A DNA stretch of 64,000 nt. Origin: an uncultured Nitrospiraceae bacterium. GTDB lineage: Bacteria > Nitrospirota > Nitrospiria > Nitrospirales > Nitrospiraceae. Under the pieces are notes generated by a model, which had not been told where the DNA came from, did no database searches, and saw only the letters and a list, made by a program, of their open reading frames with translations. Made by a program: the position numbers and the translations under genes. The stretch lies in NCBI GenBank assembly GCA_963730935.1, contig CAVSTP010000004.1:1664001-1728000 (forward strand), given 5' to 3'. Positions 51,588 through 61,064 of the stretch are shown here, piece by piece; the first letter of the stretch is position 1, and the number at the start of each line of letters is the position of its first letter.

Positions 51588-53608
51588 TACGCGGCCGCCT
51601 CCTTCAGCAGGGTCAAATACGTTTCGGCGACTTCATCCATCGTCGGCACACTGATGAGCCGCTGAAACATGTCGTAATTGGCCGCGATCCTCTCGAGCTG
51701 CGGGAGAATCTCTTCTTGATTGATGAAGGGCAGGCCGCCGTAGCCCACCAGCTCGGGATGCCCGCCGTCATTGCGATACACGACCGGGAGACCGCAGGCC
51801 AGCGCCTCAAGCACGGCGTTCGAACAGGGATCGTTCTGGCTCGCCGTAATGTAGATGTCGTGTTCCCGCAGAATCTCTGCGAGTTCCTCGGAAGGCACGG
51901 CCGGAATGCTTTTGATGCGGCTGAACGGCACCCCCCCATTTCCCACGAACGTAAATTCAAACCGGTCCCAGTCGAGCTGCGCTTCGAGCCACTTATAGAT
52001 CGGTCCGCCCTTTCGGACATTGTTCGACCAGCTCGTCGCGATCAGCCGGATCTTTCTGGAGGGATCGAACGGCACCCGCCCATGCGGATGAAACACGGAG
52101 GGATCGACGGCATTTCGGATGATCACCGGCTTCACAGGCTGATAGGACATCTCGGCGATCCGTTGATAGGTCCAGGTCGATTGCAGCACGGTCGCCGCCG
52201 CGAACCGTTTGTTCAACTCGAAGCAGAGCTCATCTTTGTCCCGGTCGAATCCTCGAATCAGATGGATCGGTCCGTCAATCCGGTGGACCGCGCGCAACCG
52301 GTGTCGTTGAGCGAATTCTAAAAACCGCTCCACGTCGAAATGAACCGAATTGAGCAGGTAGACGTCCACGTCCGGCCTGAGCTGGTTCTCCACTACCGTG
52401 ATCCCGCGTTTGCGCAGCGCATGGCGAAGAGCCAGCATGAACTGATTGCCTCCCCCGTAAGGAGGCGCGAAGAACTTGTGCCAGAGGCCGACCTTGAATC
52501 GGTCGCGCCGCCATACCGACCTGAGGCGCTTGATGAGCGTCGGTGCGGAGTCGCGGGCGGCGGCGGATGTCGGCGCGACTTCAATGGACTTCGGCGGCGC
52601 GGGCTTCGCCAAGAGGCTCTTGTACAATTCCTCGAACAAGGGGCCCACCGCCTCGGGACGGTGGTTGGCCATGACGCGCGCATAGTGGGCCTGAACCGTA
52701 CGCGCGAGCCGGTTGTCACTAATGTCCTGCTCAATCAATGAGACTGCTTCGATCGGGGAAGCAAAGATGCAGGCCGGATCGAGCAGGTCCTCGGCCAACC
52801 CGACCGGCGTGCTGAGAACCTTGCATTGCGTCGAGGCCGCTTCCATCAGCGACCTGGGTCCGCCCTCCGACCGGCTGGTGACGAGATAGAGGTCGAGCAG
52901 GTTGTACAGGAGATTCAACGTCTCGCGGGGCAGCAAGTTCTTAAAGTAATCGTCATCCTGCGTGATCTCGCCAATAAACGTATAGGGGACGCGCCATTGA
53001 TCGAGGCGCTGCCGTATCCAGTGCCGGCGCGGTCCTGCCAACACGACGTGGACCGGACAGCCACGGCCATGGAGCGCCAACGCGATCTCCGCCAAAATGT
53101 CCGGGCCCTTGACCTTTTTCGGAACGCGTAAGTCAAAACCGGCGGAGTCCCGATGGAAGCTGCCGATCAGATACCGGTGCTCGGGAATCTTCCATTCGCG
53201 TCGAAAGGCGTCGAGCACCTCGTGCCCGACGGGTAGCCGGCGGAACGATTCGACGTCTGTCGTATAGGGAATAAAGGTGTGCGGAAGCCCAACGGCCGCG
53301 CATTGTTTGGTCGCTTGTGTGGTCTGAGTGATCCACCGATCGACGGCGCTGACCACATGGCGATGGCGAGGCAGGCAGAGGTATCGAAACGGCTCACCGG
53401 ACATGTGACAGAGGATGCGCTTGGCGGACAGTGCGGCTGGCGGCATGGACAACAGCGGCTCCCACCAGACGGAATGCAGAACCTCACAATGCGCAACCGC
53501 CGTAAACTCCACGCACCGCTCGATCGCCTGGCGGGTCAGCCGGACATCTTCGTCGAGCGCCCATCCGACCTCGTCTCCTCCCGTCAAACAGACTTTCGGA
53601 CTGGTCAT
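51587..53608 (-). CDS. Tandem two-domain GT4-type glycosyltransferase
   Basis: Two GT-B C-terminal motifs, SRSEGGPRSLMEAA and NDPCSNAVLEALACGLPV, joined by a Pro/Ala linker. Confidence 0.82.
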   Translation of the reverse strand: MTSPKVCLTGGDEVGWALDEDVRLTRQAIERCVEFTAVAHCEVLHSVWWEPLLSMPPAALSAKRILCHMSGEPFRYLCLPRHRHVVSAVDRWITQTTQATKQCAAVGLPHTFIPYTTDVESFRRLPVGHEVLDAFRREWKIPEHRYLIGSFHRDSAGFDLRVPKKVKGPDILAEIALALHGRGCPVHVVLAGPRRHWIRQRLDQWRVPYTFIGEITQDDDYFKNLLPRETLNLLYNLLDLYLVTSRSEGGPRSLMEAASTQCKVLSTPVGLAEDLLDPACIFASPIEAVSLIEQDISDNRLARTVQAHYARVMANHRPEAVGPLFEELYKSLLAKPAPPKSIEVAPTSAAARDSAPTLIKRLRSVWRRDRFKVGLWHKFFAPPYGGGNQFMLALRHALRKRGITVVENQLRPDVDVYLLNSVHFDVERFLEFAQRHRLRAVHRIDGPIHLIRGFDRDKDELCFELNKRFAAATVLQSTWTYQRIAEMSYQPVKPVIIRNAVDPSVFHPHGRVPFDPSRKIRLIATSWSNNVRKGGPIYKWLEAQLDWDRFEFTFVGNGGVPFSRIKSIPAVPSEELAEILREHDIYITASQNDPCSNAVLEALACGLPVVYRNDGGHPELVGYGGLPFINQEEILPQLERIAANYDMFQRLISVPTMDEVAETYLTLLKEAAA

Positions 53609-54360
53609 GGCCGCACCACGCGAATGCCGTAGCCGGTGGTATACCGTCGGATGAATGCCTCATCCATCGCCTCAGCCCGCTGCTCACGATGGAACGCCGC
53701 CCGTCTGCCCTTCGCGACCAGGGCAGTGACGAGTCGTTGGACCACCGCCGACTGCAGACGGCCTTGCTTGAAGCGTTCGTAGCACCATGCCCGCAACATC
53801 TCGACGGCCACGCTCCAAAAGAGGCCCTGTGGCTCTACCACCACCTCCGTAAAGCCGATCCGTTCGAGATTTTCCTTCCAGTAGTAATCGGTGTACCGGC
53901 AATAGTCGTAGGGGTCCGCATGAATCGGAAACAGAAAGGGCACGGTGATGAGCAGCACGCCGCGTCCTCGCAATACCCGATAGGCTTCGCGCATGACGCT
54001 CACAGGATCCGGGACATGTTCCAGCATCTCGGCGCAAATCACCGCATCGAAACTTTCATTTCTGAACGGCAGCTTCGAGGCATCGGTCTGTACGTCCGGC
54101 CGGTGCTCAGTCGACACGTTCGCGTAGCGAACGCGGACATCATAGTGCTCGATCTGAAAACGGCCCCGTTTGAGAAATCGCTTTCCTCCCAGATCCAGCA
54201 CATGGCTTCCCGCCTCCAGCATCGAGGCCTGGCGGATATAGAATTCGTCCACGAACGACCGCCTGACCGAATAACTCAGTTGTTCCGAGGATTGCTGGAG
54301 CACACCCATCTCTCTTTCTCTCGCTGATGCAGAGCGGCTCAGAGCGGCCCGGGAGATCAC
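53605..54360 (-). CDS. Class I SAM-dependent methyltransferase
   Basis: VLDLGG, FDAVICAEMLEHVPDP, PFLFPIHADPYDYCRYT. Confidence 0.85.
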   Translation of the reverse strand: MISRAALSRSASAREREMGVLQQSSEQLSYSVRRSFVDEFYIRQASMLEAGSHVLDLGGKRFLKRGRFQIEHYDVRVRYANVSTEHRPDVQTDASKLPFRNESFDAVICAEMLEHVPDPVSVMREAYRVLRGRGVLLITVPFLFPIHADPYDYCRYTDYYWKENLERIGFTEVVVEPQGLFWSVAVEMLRAWCYERFKQGRLQSAVVQRLVTALVAKGRRAAFHREQRAEAMDEAFIRRYTTGYGIRVVRP

Positions 54361-55157
54361 GGAACGATGAGGTATCGCCCCGCCGCATCGATGTGATTCA
54401 GCAGCAACGGGCGAGGCAGCCTCGCCATGAACTCATCCACCGCTTTACGGCATCCGGACCATTTTCCGTAATCATCGATCACGACGATGCCTCCGGAGAC
54501 CACCTTGGAGAACAAGGTCTCCAGGCAGATTTTCGTCGATTCGTACCAGTCGCCATCGATGCGTAAGAGGGCAATGGCCGCCACACCAGCCGGCAAGGCT
54601 CTCAGCGTGTCCTGGAACCACCCGACGTGAAAATGGGTGAGCGAGGCCGGATACTCGGCGATAGCACCTACCGCATGGCGATTATCCTCGAGCGTCCCGA
54701 CACACTTGCCGATGCTCCGCAAGGTCCCGGAGGCTCTCGCACCGGCGTACTGCACGGCCATGTCGCCATCATGAGCTCGATCCGGTTCAGGGAGTCCTTC
54801 GAACGAATCGAACAAATGCAGGTCGCGGTGCGGCATTCCGGACCGCCGGTGCGCCAACGCCATCAGGGCGGCGGCACCTCCCTTCCAGGTACCGCACTCG
54901 ATCAGAACCCCCTGAATGCCGGCACGATCGAGATAGCGCACCTGCTGCCAGAGCGTGACCAGCCGCTGGTAAGACAGCATCGTGTGACCCTCGACGAGCG
55001 CGATGGCCTCCCGGGCGAACTCTTCCTCGTCGTAGTTCAGAGCGGGATGCTCGCTCCGCTTAGGCGCTCGTGACGGCGGGACGGGGCCGTCGGCTTGCGG
55101 CGAGGTCTTGCCGCCGCTCTTCGTCCTGTGAAGCGCCGACACGAGTTTGTGAATCAT
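54357..55157 (-). CDS. TylF/MycF (macrocin-type) sugar O-methyltransferase
   Basis: IECGTWKGG, FDSFEGLP, GWFQDTL, LRIDGDWYEST, IDDYGKWSGCRKAVDEF. Confidence 0.9.
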   Translation of the reverse strand: MIHKLVSALHRTKSGGKTSPQADGPVPPSRAPKRSEHPALNYDEEEFAREAIALVEGHTMLSYQRLVTLWQQVRYLDRAGIQGVLIECGTWKGGAAALMALAHRRSGMPHRDLHLFDSFEGLPEPDRAHDGDMAVQYAGARASGTLRSIGKCVGTLEDNRHAVGAIAEYPASLTHFHVGWFQDTLRALPAGVAAIALLRIDGDWYESTKICLETLFSKVVSGGIVVIDDYGKWSGCRKAVDEFMARLPRPLLLNHIDAAGRYLIVP

Positions 55158-56380
55158 GACGGATCCTGTTCGAGGTGCAGGCGCCACTGAGCCGGCAGCG
55201 CCATAATGCCGCGCGCGCGGCCGGAACCGTTGACGGAAAAGCTCGCGATGCCGGCGAGTCGTTCCAGCGTTTCATATGAGCTCTGTTCCCGCAGCGCAAA
55301 GTTCACTTCATAGGCGCCCTTCGACAACTTGTGCTCGCCGTACCAGATGCGGAGACGCATCGGGCCACTCACGCCCTCGCATTGCAGTCCGTCCTCCTCG
55401 GAAACGTTCCAGACACAGACGACGCCGGTGGCGTTGAGGATGCCGATGGAGAATACCGGCCGGTCCAACCGCCGATGCACACGGAACCGGATCTCAACGC
55501 CGAACGGAGCGCCAGCGTCGACTTCCGTGATGGTTTCCTCGTTCTGCCCGAAAATGCGAGTGCCCAGGACGGTCAGGTCTTCCACGTCGCCGCCGGATAG
55601 CCCGCGCTGCTCCAGTCGCAACCGTTCCTTCCCGAAGACCAATTGCTCATAAGCTCTCAAGCCTTCGAGCGCGGACCCCTGCGCCACGATCGCCCCTTCA
55701 TCAAGCACAATGCCGCGCTGCGCGACGAATTGCAGCATGTCGAGACTGTGCGTGACCAGGATGACGGTCGCTCCGTTTTCCCGCAGCTCTTTAAGCCGCG
55801 CCAGGCTCTTGTTCTGGAATTTGAGATCGCCGACCGCAAACGTTTCGTCGATCAATAGAACATCGCTCTCGATCCGGGTCGCGACGCCGAAGCCCAAACG
55901 AGCCACCATCCCGCTCGAATACGTCCGTACCGCGCGGTCAAACCAGTCGCCGAGTTCGACGAACGCTTCAATCTCGGGCAGCAAGGACGCCATCCGGCGC
56001 CGCGGCACGCCCATGATCGCGCCTAAGAGATACGTGTTTTCTCGGCCGGTGAGTTCCGGATGCACGCCGGCATTCAGTTCGATCATCGGAAAGATCCGCC
56101 CGCGCACCTCGACGCAACCGCGGGTCGGCGGGCTGACGCCGGCCAAGACTTTGAGCAATGTGCTCTTGCCTGCCCCGTTGCGTCCGATGATCCCGACCGT
56201 CTCTCCCCGCTTGATCTCGAAGGAGACGTCGCGCAACGCCCACACATCAGCGTCCCTCTCCGTCGGTTCTGCTCCAAGCCGAGCCAGCACCGCGCGGGCA
56301 AGCTGTCCGATCCCGGGACGGTCGGAGAGCCCGTAGTGCTTCCACAAGCCTTCAACACGAATGCTGACTGGCTCTGCCAT
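55154..56380 (-). CDS. wzt: Polysaccharide ABC exporter ATPase with C-terminal Wzt_C-like domain
   Basis: WALRDVSF, GRNGAGKSTL, YSSGMVARLGF, LIDETFAVGD, VTH; C-terminal extension after the ATPase domain. Confidence 0.9.
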   Translation of the reverse strand: MAEPVSIRVEGLWKHYGLSDRPGIGQLARAVLARLGAEPTERDADVWALRDVSFEIKRGETVGIIGRNGAGKSTLLKVLAGVSPPTRGCVEVRGRIFPMIELNAGVHPELTGRENTYLLGAIMGVPRRRMASLLPEIEAFVELGDWFDRAVRTYSSGMVARLGFGVATRIESDVLLIDETFAVGDLKFQNKSLARLKELRENGATVILVTHSLDMLQFVAQRGIVLDEGAIVAQGSALEGLRAYEQLVFGKERLRLEQRGLSGGDVEDLTVLGTRIFGQNEETITEVDAGAPFGVEIRFRVHRRLDRPVFSIGILNATGVVCVWNVSEEDGLQCEGVSGPMRLRIWYGEHKLSKGAYEVNFALREQSSYETLERLAGIASFSVNGSGRARGIMALPAQWRLHLEQDPS

Positions 56381-56382
56381 CG

Positions 56383-57189
56383 CTATACCGCGTCCGCAAA
56401 ATGTTGAGACAGGGTTTTGAAGAGCGGCCAGCCGATGATCCAGACAAAAACGGTCGCAGCCATCGACAGGCCGAGGAATCCCATGTCGGGCGCCGTCTCC
56501 CTGATCAAGACCTGCCTGAACCCTTCAATGATGCCCACCATGGGATTGAGGACATACAGCGGCATCCATGAGGCCGGCACCTGATTCAGCGGATACATAA
56601 TCGGCGTCGCCAGCATCCACAGCTGCATGAGCAGCGGCAATCCGAACAATACATCCTGGAGGAATGTGCCCAGGGCCCCGATGATCAGTCCGCAGCCAAG
56701 CGCGAACAGCATCGTGACGAGCAGCATCGGAACGAGCCAGAGCAGATGGAGGCCAGGAGCGACGCCGAACCAGATCAGCAACGCGGCCAGCAGGACTCCC
56801 GACACGGCAAAGTCCGCCAGAGCGGTGACCACGGCAGTCACAGGAAAGACCACCCGTGGAACGGCGACCTTTTTCACGATGCCTGCGTTGGCGCCCACAC
56901 TGCCTCCGCAACGGTTCACCGCATTCACAAAAAACGCCCAGGGAACGAGGCCTGCATAGGCAAAGAGGACATAGGGAACATCGCCGGTCGAAATGTGCAA
57001 GATGCCCTGAAGCAGCGTGAACAGCGCCGCATAAAAAACGGGCGGAAGCACCGCCCAGACGATCCCGAGCACCGACCGCCGATAGCGCCCTTTCAACTCC
57101 CTCACAACGATCGCCCACATCAGCGCCAGAAATTGCCGCCACGGTTCGACGGCCGGCTCGAGATGGATGTACATGCCCTTCGCGCTCAT
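56383..57189 (-). CDS. wzm: Polysaccharide ABC exporter permease
   Basis: RELKGRYRRSVLGIVW, PWAFF, KKVAVPR, TPIMYP, LNPM, FADAV. Confidence 0.9.
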   Translation of the reverse strand: MSAKGMYIHLEPAVEPWRQFLALMWAIVVRELKGRYRRSVLGIVWAVLPPVFYAALFTLLQGILHISTGDVPYVLFAYAGLVPWAFFVNAVNRCGGSVGANAGIVKKVAVPRVVFPVTAVVTALADFAVSGVLLAALLIWFGVAPGLHLLWLVPMLLVTMLFALGCGLIIGALGTFLQDVLFGLPLLMQLWMLATPIMYPLNQVPASWMPLYVLNPMVGIIEGFRQVLIRETAPDMGFLGLSMAATVFVWIIGWPLFKTLSQHFADAV

Positions 57190-57194
57190 GACGG

Positions 57195-58355
57195 CTACGC
57201 GACCTTCCTTGCAATGACCTTCTCTCCAAACAACCGGTCGAACCGGTGTCTCCAGGTGTGGCATTCGAGCACCCGCGCATGGCCGGCCTCCCGGATCCGT
57301 TCGGCTTCTTTTGGACGACGCGAATAGTACAGCGCCTTCTCGACGAGTTCCGCTGGCTCGGACCAGGTCTCGATCTCACACCCCAGCCGGTAGTACTCGG
57401 CATGGTCCGGCGCCTGCTGCACCAGATAAAATCCGCCGGACATCGGCACTTCGAAATCTCTCAGCCGGCATTGCAGATTTTTTGATTCCAGCACCGTATC
57501 GTCTGCGTGCCACCCCGTATCAGAAAAGCCGAGGTTGACGCAGCTGGTTCTGAAAACCTGCGGCATCGCCTCGTCGGTACAGGGCGGATGGAATTCAGCC
57601 CCGTCGAGATGGTTGAAAACATGACCGCGCGCACATTTCCGTTGCAGTGGTCCCGTCAGGCTTTGCAGTCCTTCGGCCTGCCAGCGAGGCCACGCGTAGT
57701 ACCGCAGATCATGCAACACCTTGTGCCAATCCCAATCGAACTCATAGACGTTGGGCTCATGCGGCTGCCACCCCCGTCCAAACACGACCGGCTTGATGCC
57801 CTGCTGCAGGCACGTCTTGAGCAATGCCCGCCTGTAGGGGTTGAAGCTTCCGACAAACGAAACGGCCTGTTGATACTCCGCCGGCGCTGCGGCCCGGGGC
57901 CGGTAATATTTTGGGTTGGCGGCCATGGGCATCCACACAATCCGATCGTTGTAGGGCCTCAGATGTTCCGTGTTGGTCAACTGCGCGACGGCGAGCACGT
58001 CGAAGTACGGGGCCGTGCGGATCACCCGGTACCATTGAAAAGCCATGTCGACGTGATAGTTGATCATGGGCACTTGCAGCGCGCGAAGCTGCTGCGCCGT
58101 GTCCACCATCAGGAAGTCGTCATAGACGATGAAGAAGATGAGATCGAGTCTGCCGGAAGCCTTAAGCGCTTTCGCCAACCGGACCAGTTGCACGTTGAGT
58201 TGATCCCGCTGGTCCCGCCATGACTTGGATCCCAGACGACCCATTCCGCCGGGATACGTGAACACCTCCAGGCGTTCGCAGTAATGGTCACGCAGTGTCT
58301 CGAGGAGATTGATCTCCACCCACCGATCAGGCGGTACTACGGCAAGCGCGTTCAT
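57195..58355 (-). CDS. CgeB-family glycosyltransferase
   Basis: MAANP, SFVGS, RLRDFEVPMSGGFYL, CHTWRHRF. Confidence 0.8.
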   Translation of the reverse strand: MNALAVVPPDRWVEINLLETLRDHYCERLEVFTYPGGMGRLGSKSWRDQRDQLNVQLVRLAKALKASGRLDLIFFIVYDDFLMVDTAQQLRALQVPMINYHVDMAFQWYRVIRTAPYFDVLAVAQLTNTEHLRPYNDRIVWMPMAANPKYYRPRAAAPAEYQQAVSFVGSFNPYRRALLKTCLQQGIKPVVFGRGWQPHEPNVYEFDWDWHKVLHDLRYYAWPRWQAEGLQSLTGPLQRKCARGHVFNHLDGAEFHPPCTDEAMPQVFRTSCVNLGFSDTGWHADDTVLESKNLQCRLRDFEVPMSGGFYLVQQAPDHAEYYRLGCEIETWSEPAELVEKALYYSRRPKEAERIREAGHARVLECHTWRHRFDRLFGEKVIARKVA

Positions 58356-58371
58356 GGATCGGAGGCGCTCC

Positions 58372-59136
58372 TTAGAAGTCTCGTCGCTCGAAGATGCGGC
58401 AGGCTCCGAGCAGCAATAACCCGGCATAGAGCAGGCCATAGGCGGTGGCGGCGACTTGATAGTCTCCGCTCACCGGCACGCCAGTGGCAGCCTGCCCTTT
58501 GACGTTCAGCCACTCCAGGTTGGGACACACGTAGTACAAGGCGGTCATGATGCTTTCTGTGGCTGGGTTCTTGGTCTTCTCGGCAATGGCTTTTAGATCA
58601 CCGGTCAGATGACCGATGACGTAGAACCCCAAGGTCATGATGGCGCTGAGCGTGGGAGAACTGAACGTGGAAAAGAACATCGCCAGCGCGGTCACGAGAA
58701 GGACCTCTACCCACATGAGTTGGACCGCCTGGAACAACGAACCAAAGATCGCGTTCCCGCTGAGCCAGATCGTGGACAGGAACATCGCAAACATGATCGC
58801 GATGTTGAGACCGCCAATGAACACCAGTCCGAAATATTTCCCGAGAACAAACTGGGTCCTCGTGATCGGCCGGGCGAGGATCGTATAGATCGTGCGCCGT
58901 TCGATTTCCTTGGACACGAGACCGATGCCCACGAAGATGGCCATGATCACCCCGACCAGGTTGATGGCGGCCAACCCGACGTCATTGATGATGCGGGAGT
59001 GTTCTCCGATGGTCAGCGTTCCGAGCAGGACCGAGGCGCCGATCAGCAACAACGCAAAGAACACCAGGTTGTAGAGAATCTTGTCCCGGACGGTCTCACG
59101 AAACGTGTTCTGCGCCACGACCAACAGGCTTTGCAT
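58372..59136 (-). CDS. ABC transporter permease (PilI/Xap-like)
   Basis: NTFRETVRDKILY, EIERRTIYTILARPITR..VLGKY, C-terminal FERRDF. Confidence 0.85.
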   Translation of the reverse strand: MQSLLVVAQNTFRETVRDKILYNLVFFALLLIGASVLLGTLTIGEHSRIINDVGLAAINLVGVIMAIFVGIGLVSKEIERRTIYTILARPITRTQFVLGKYFGLVFIGGLNIAIMFAMFLSTIWLSGNAIFGSLFQAVQLMWVEVLLVTALAMFFSTFSSPTLSAIMTLGFYVIGHLTGDLKAIAEKTKNPATESIMTALYYVCPNLEWLNVKGQAATGVPVSGDYQVAATAYGLLYAGLLLLGACRIFERRDF

Positions 59137-59137
59137 C

Positions 59138-60070
59138 TCACACTCCTTGGTTGGTCTGCTCTAAAAAGAGCTCTTCGAGTGTGCCTTTATGAGGGATAAC
59201 CGACACCAGCTTGCCTCCGGCCTGGCGGATCGCCGCCAGGACATCCTCAAGCTTCTGCTGGCCGGGAAGCGACATCCAGCAGCGGCTCCCCCGCTGAAGC
59301 ACCCGGATCGCGGCGTCCTTGATCAGTGGAATGCTGCTGGCGATGACGCCTTCACACACAACCTCCACGGACTGGGTTGCATGCCGGCTCACGAGGTCTT
59401 CGATGCGTCCCACGGCCAGCATCGTGCCTTTGGCGAGAATACCCACACGGTCGCAAATCATTTCGACGTCGGAGATGATGTGAGTGCTGAAGAAGACCGT
59501 CTTTCCCTGGTCGCGGAGACTGAGAATGATATCGCGCACGTCCTTGCGTCCGACCGGATCAAGCCCGGACATGGGCTCATCCAGAATCACCAGTTCGGGA
59601 TCGTGAATCAGCGCCTGGGCAAGCCCGATCCGCTGCAGCATGCCTTTGGAAAATTTTCGTAGAGGCCGGCAGCGGGCCTCCGTGAGGCCGACCCGTTCCA
59701 GCAAGGCCGGAATTCGTTGCTGCAGATCCGTCTTGGTGACACCGCCGAGCCTGCCGTAAAAGGCGAGAAACTCTTCCGCGGTGAGATAGTCGTAGAAATA
59801 GGGAGACTCCGGCAGATACCCGATCTGCTTGTGGATGTCGGTATCCTGCACGGGCCGGCCCAGTAACTGGACGGATCCGCTCGTCGGTCGCATCAAGCCC
59901 AGCACGATCTTCATGGTCGTGGTCTTGCCCGCGCCGTTCGGCCCGAGAAACCCGAAGATCTCCCCCTGCCCGACCGACATGGACACGTCCTGAAGGACAG
60001 TGGCCGGCTGTTGCCATGGCCAGGTCGGCCGATGGGTTTTCGTCAGGCGGTCAATGACAATGGCATCCAT
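59138..60070 (-). CDS. ABC transporter ATP-binding protein (PilH/Xap-like)
   Basis: [36 protein letters not shown]. Confidence 0.9.
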   Translation of the reverse strand: MDAIVIDRLTKTHRPTWPWQQPATVLQDVSMSVGQGEIFGFLGPNGAGKTTTMKIVLGLMRPTSGSVQLLGRPVQDTDIHKQIGYLPESPYFYDYLTAEEFLAFYGRLGGVTKTDLQQRIPALLERVGLTEARCRPLRKFSKGMLQRIGLAQALIHDPELVILDEPMSGLDPVGRKDVRDIILSLRDQGKTVFFSTHIISDVEMICDRVGILAKGTMLAVGRIEDLVSRHATQSVEVVCEGVIASSIPLIKDAAIRVLQRGSRCWMSLPGQQKLEDVLAAIRQAGGKLVSVIPHKGTLEELFLEQTNQGV

Positions 60071-60185
60071 CTGATTTCTCTCGATTTTTAGACGGTTCTA
60101 GGTGTCTCGAATCGATCATAGCAGGCTGGCTCGCAGCATCAAGAAATCATGCGATTCACTCCACGGCCGAAAACAGCCACAACGA

Positions 60186-61064
60186 TCAGCGGTTTCTTCT
60201 TCGTCCGGTCATCGTCAACCGCTCCGTCATTTCGCTGCTCGACACCGCGCCGGTCTTGGCGTCGTAGAGGTATCGGCCACCCGATGGCTCGACGGGCAAG
60301 GCCGGCAAGAGCCCGGCTCCGACTATAGCTTCGAGTCTGGGAGGATACTGTCCATTCTGACTTCGGTACCGATCGATGGCTTGCTCGAGAAGGTATAGAT
60401 CCCGTTCCGTGAGGACGATCTTGAGACGGATCTCCAACAGCTTTTTTGCACTCTCATCGGTTGCTTTCTCATAGAGCGCCGCCAGAAGATCGACGGCTTG
60501 TTGCGGGGAGTGGCCGGAGACATACAGATTCGCCGCAAGCGTCGTGAGGTTCGAAGGGGCACCCGGCAGGCGTGACGCTTGCGACATGTACTCGGCGGCT
60601 TTGGCGTCGTCGTACGATTCGTAGTAGTAGTTGATGCCGATCAGGAACGGCAGTTTCCATTCCGTCGGATTATGCTGCATGCCTTTCATCATCAGTTGAT
60701 TGCTTTCCTCCGGAAGCACGACGAGTGTCGTGAGAGCGAGGCCTCCGGCTTCGTAAGCCCGTACGAACTTCGGATCCAGCGTCGTAATGATATCCAGCGC
60801 GCGATAGAGCCATCGGCCGCTGGATTCGGACACCTTCTTTTCTCCCATGACCTGAATCGACTGGACCCAGAGCAAGTCGGCAATCAGTTCTCGGTACCCC
60901 AGCGAGGCAATTTTCAGATACTCGGCGTCGGGCAGGTAGAGAAGCCTCTCCAGCTTCTTGTCGGTTTCCTGCCAAGGCTTGAGGGAGACTTGCAGGGCAA
61001 TGAGCAGCCCCATCATCGCTGCACTGATCAGCCAAAAACTCAGTTGATCACGCCACACTTTCAT
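60186..61064 (-). CDS. Membrane-anchored TPR protein with pseudopilin-like C-terminus (PilG/XapA-like)
   Basis: N-terminal TM; ADLLW, LDPKF, TPR-like helices; C-terminal LEQAIDRYRSQNGQYP..L..LPVEPSGGRYLY. Confidence 0.65.
   Translation of the reverse strand: MKVWRDQLSFWLISAAMMGLLIALQVSLKPWQETDKKLERLLYLPDAEYLKIASLGYRELIADLLWVQSIQVMGEKKVSESSGRWLYRALDIITTLDPKFVRAYEAGGLALTTLVVLPEESNQLMMKGMQHNPTEWKLPFLIGINYYYESYDDAKAAEYMSQASRLPGAPSNLTTLAANLYVSGHSPQQAVDLLAALYEKATDESAKKLLEIRLKIVLTERDLYLLEQAIDRYRSQNGQYPPRLEAIVGAGLLPALPVEPSGGRYLYDAKTGAVSSSEMTERLTMTGRRRNR

Noticed and set aside
60071..60185. Inverted repeats (TGATTTCT/AGAAATCA, TCGATT/AATCGA) in the spacer before the ABC ATPase
   Set aside because: Short, single-copy and without supporting context.
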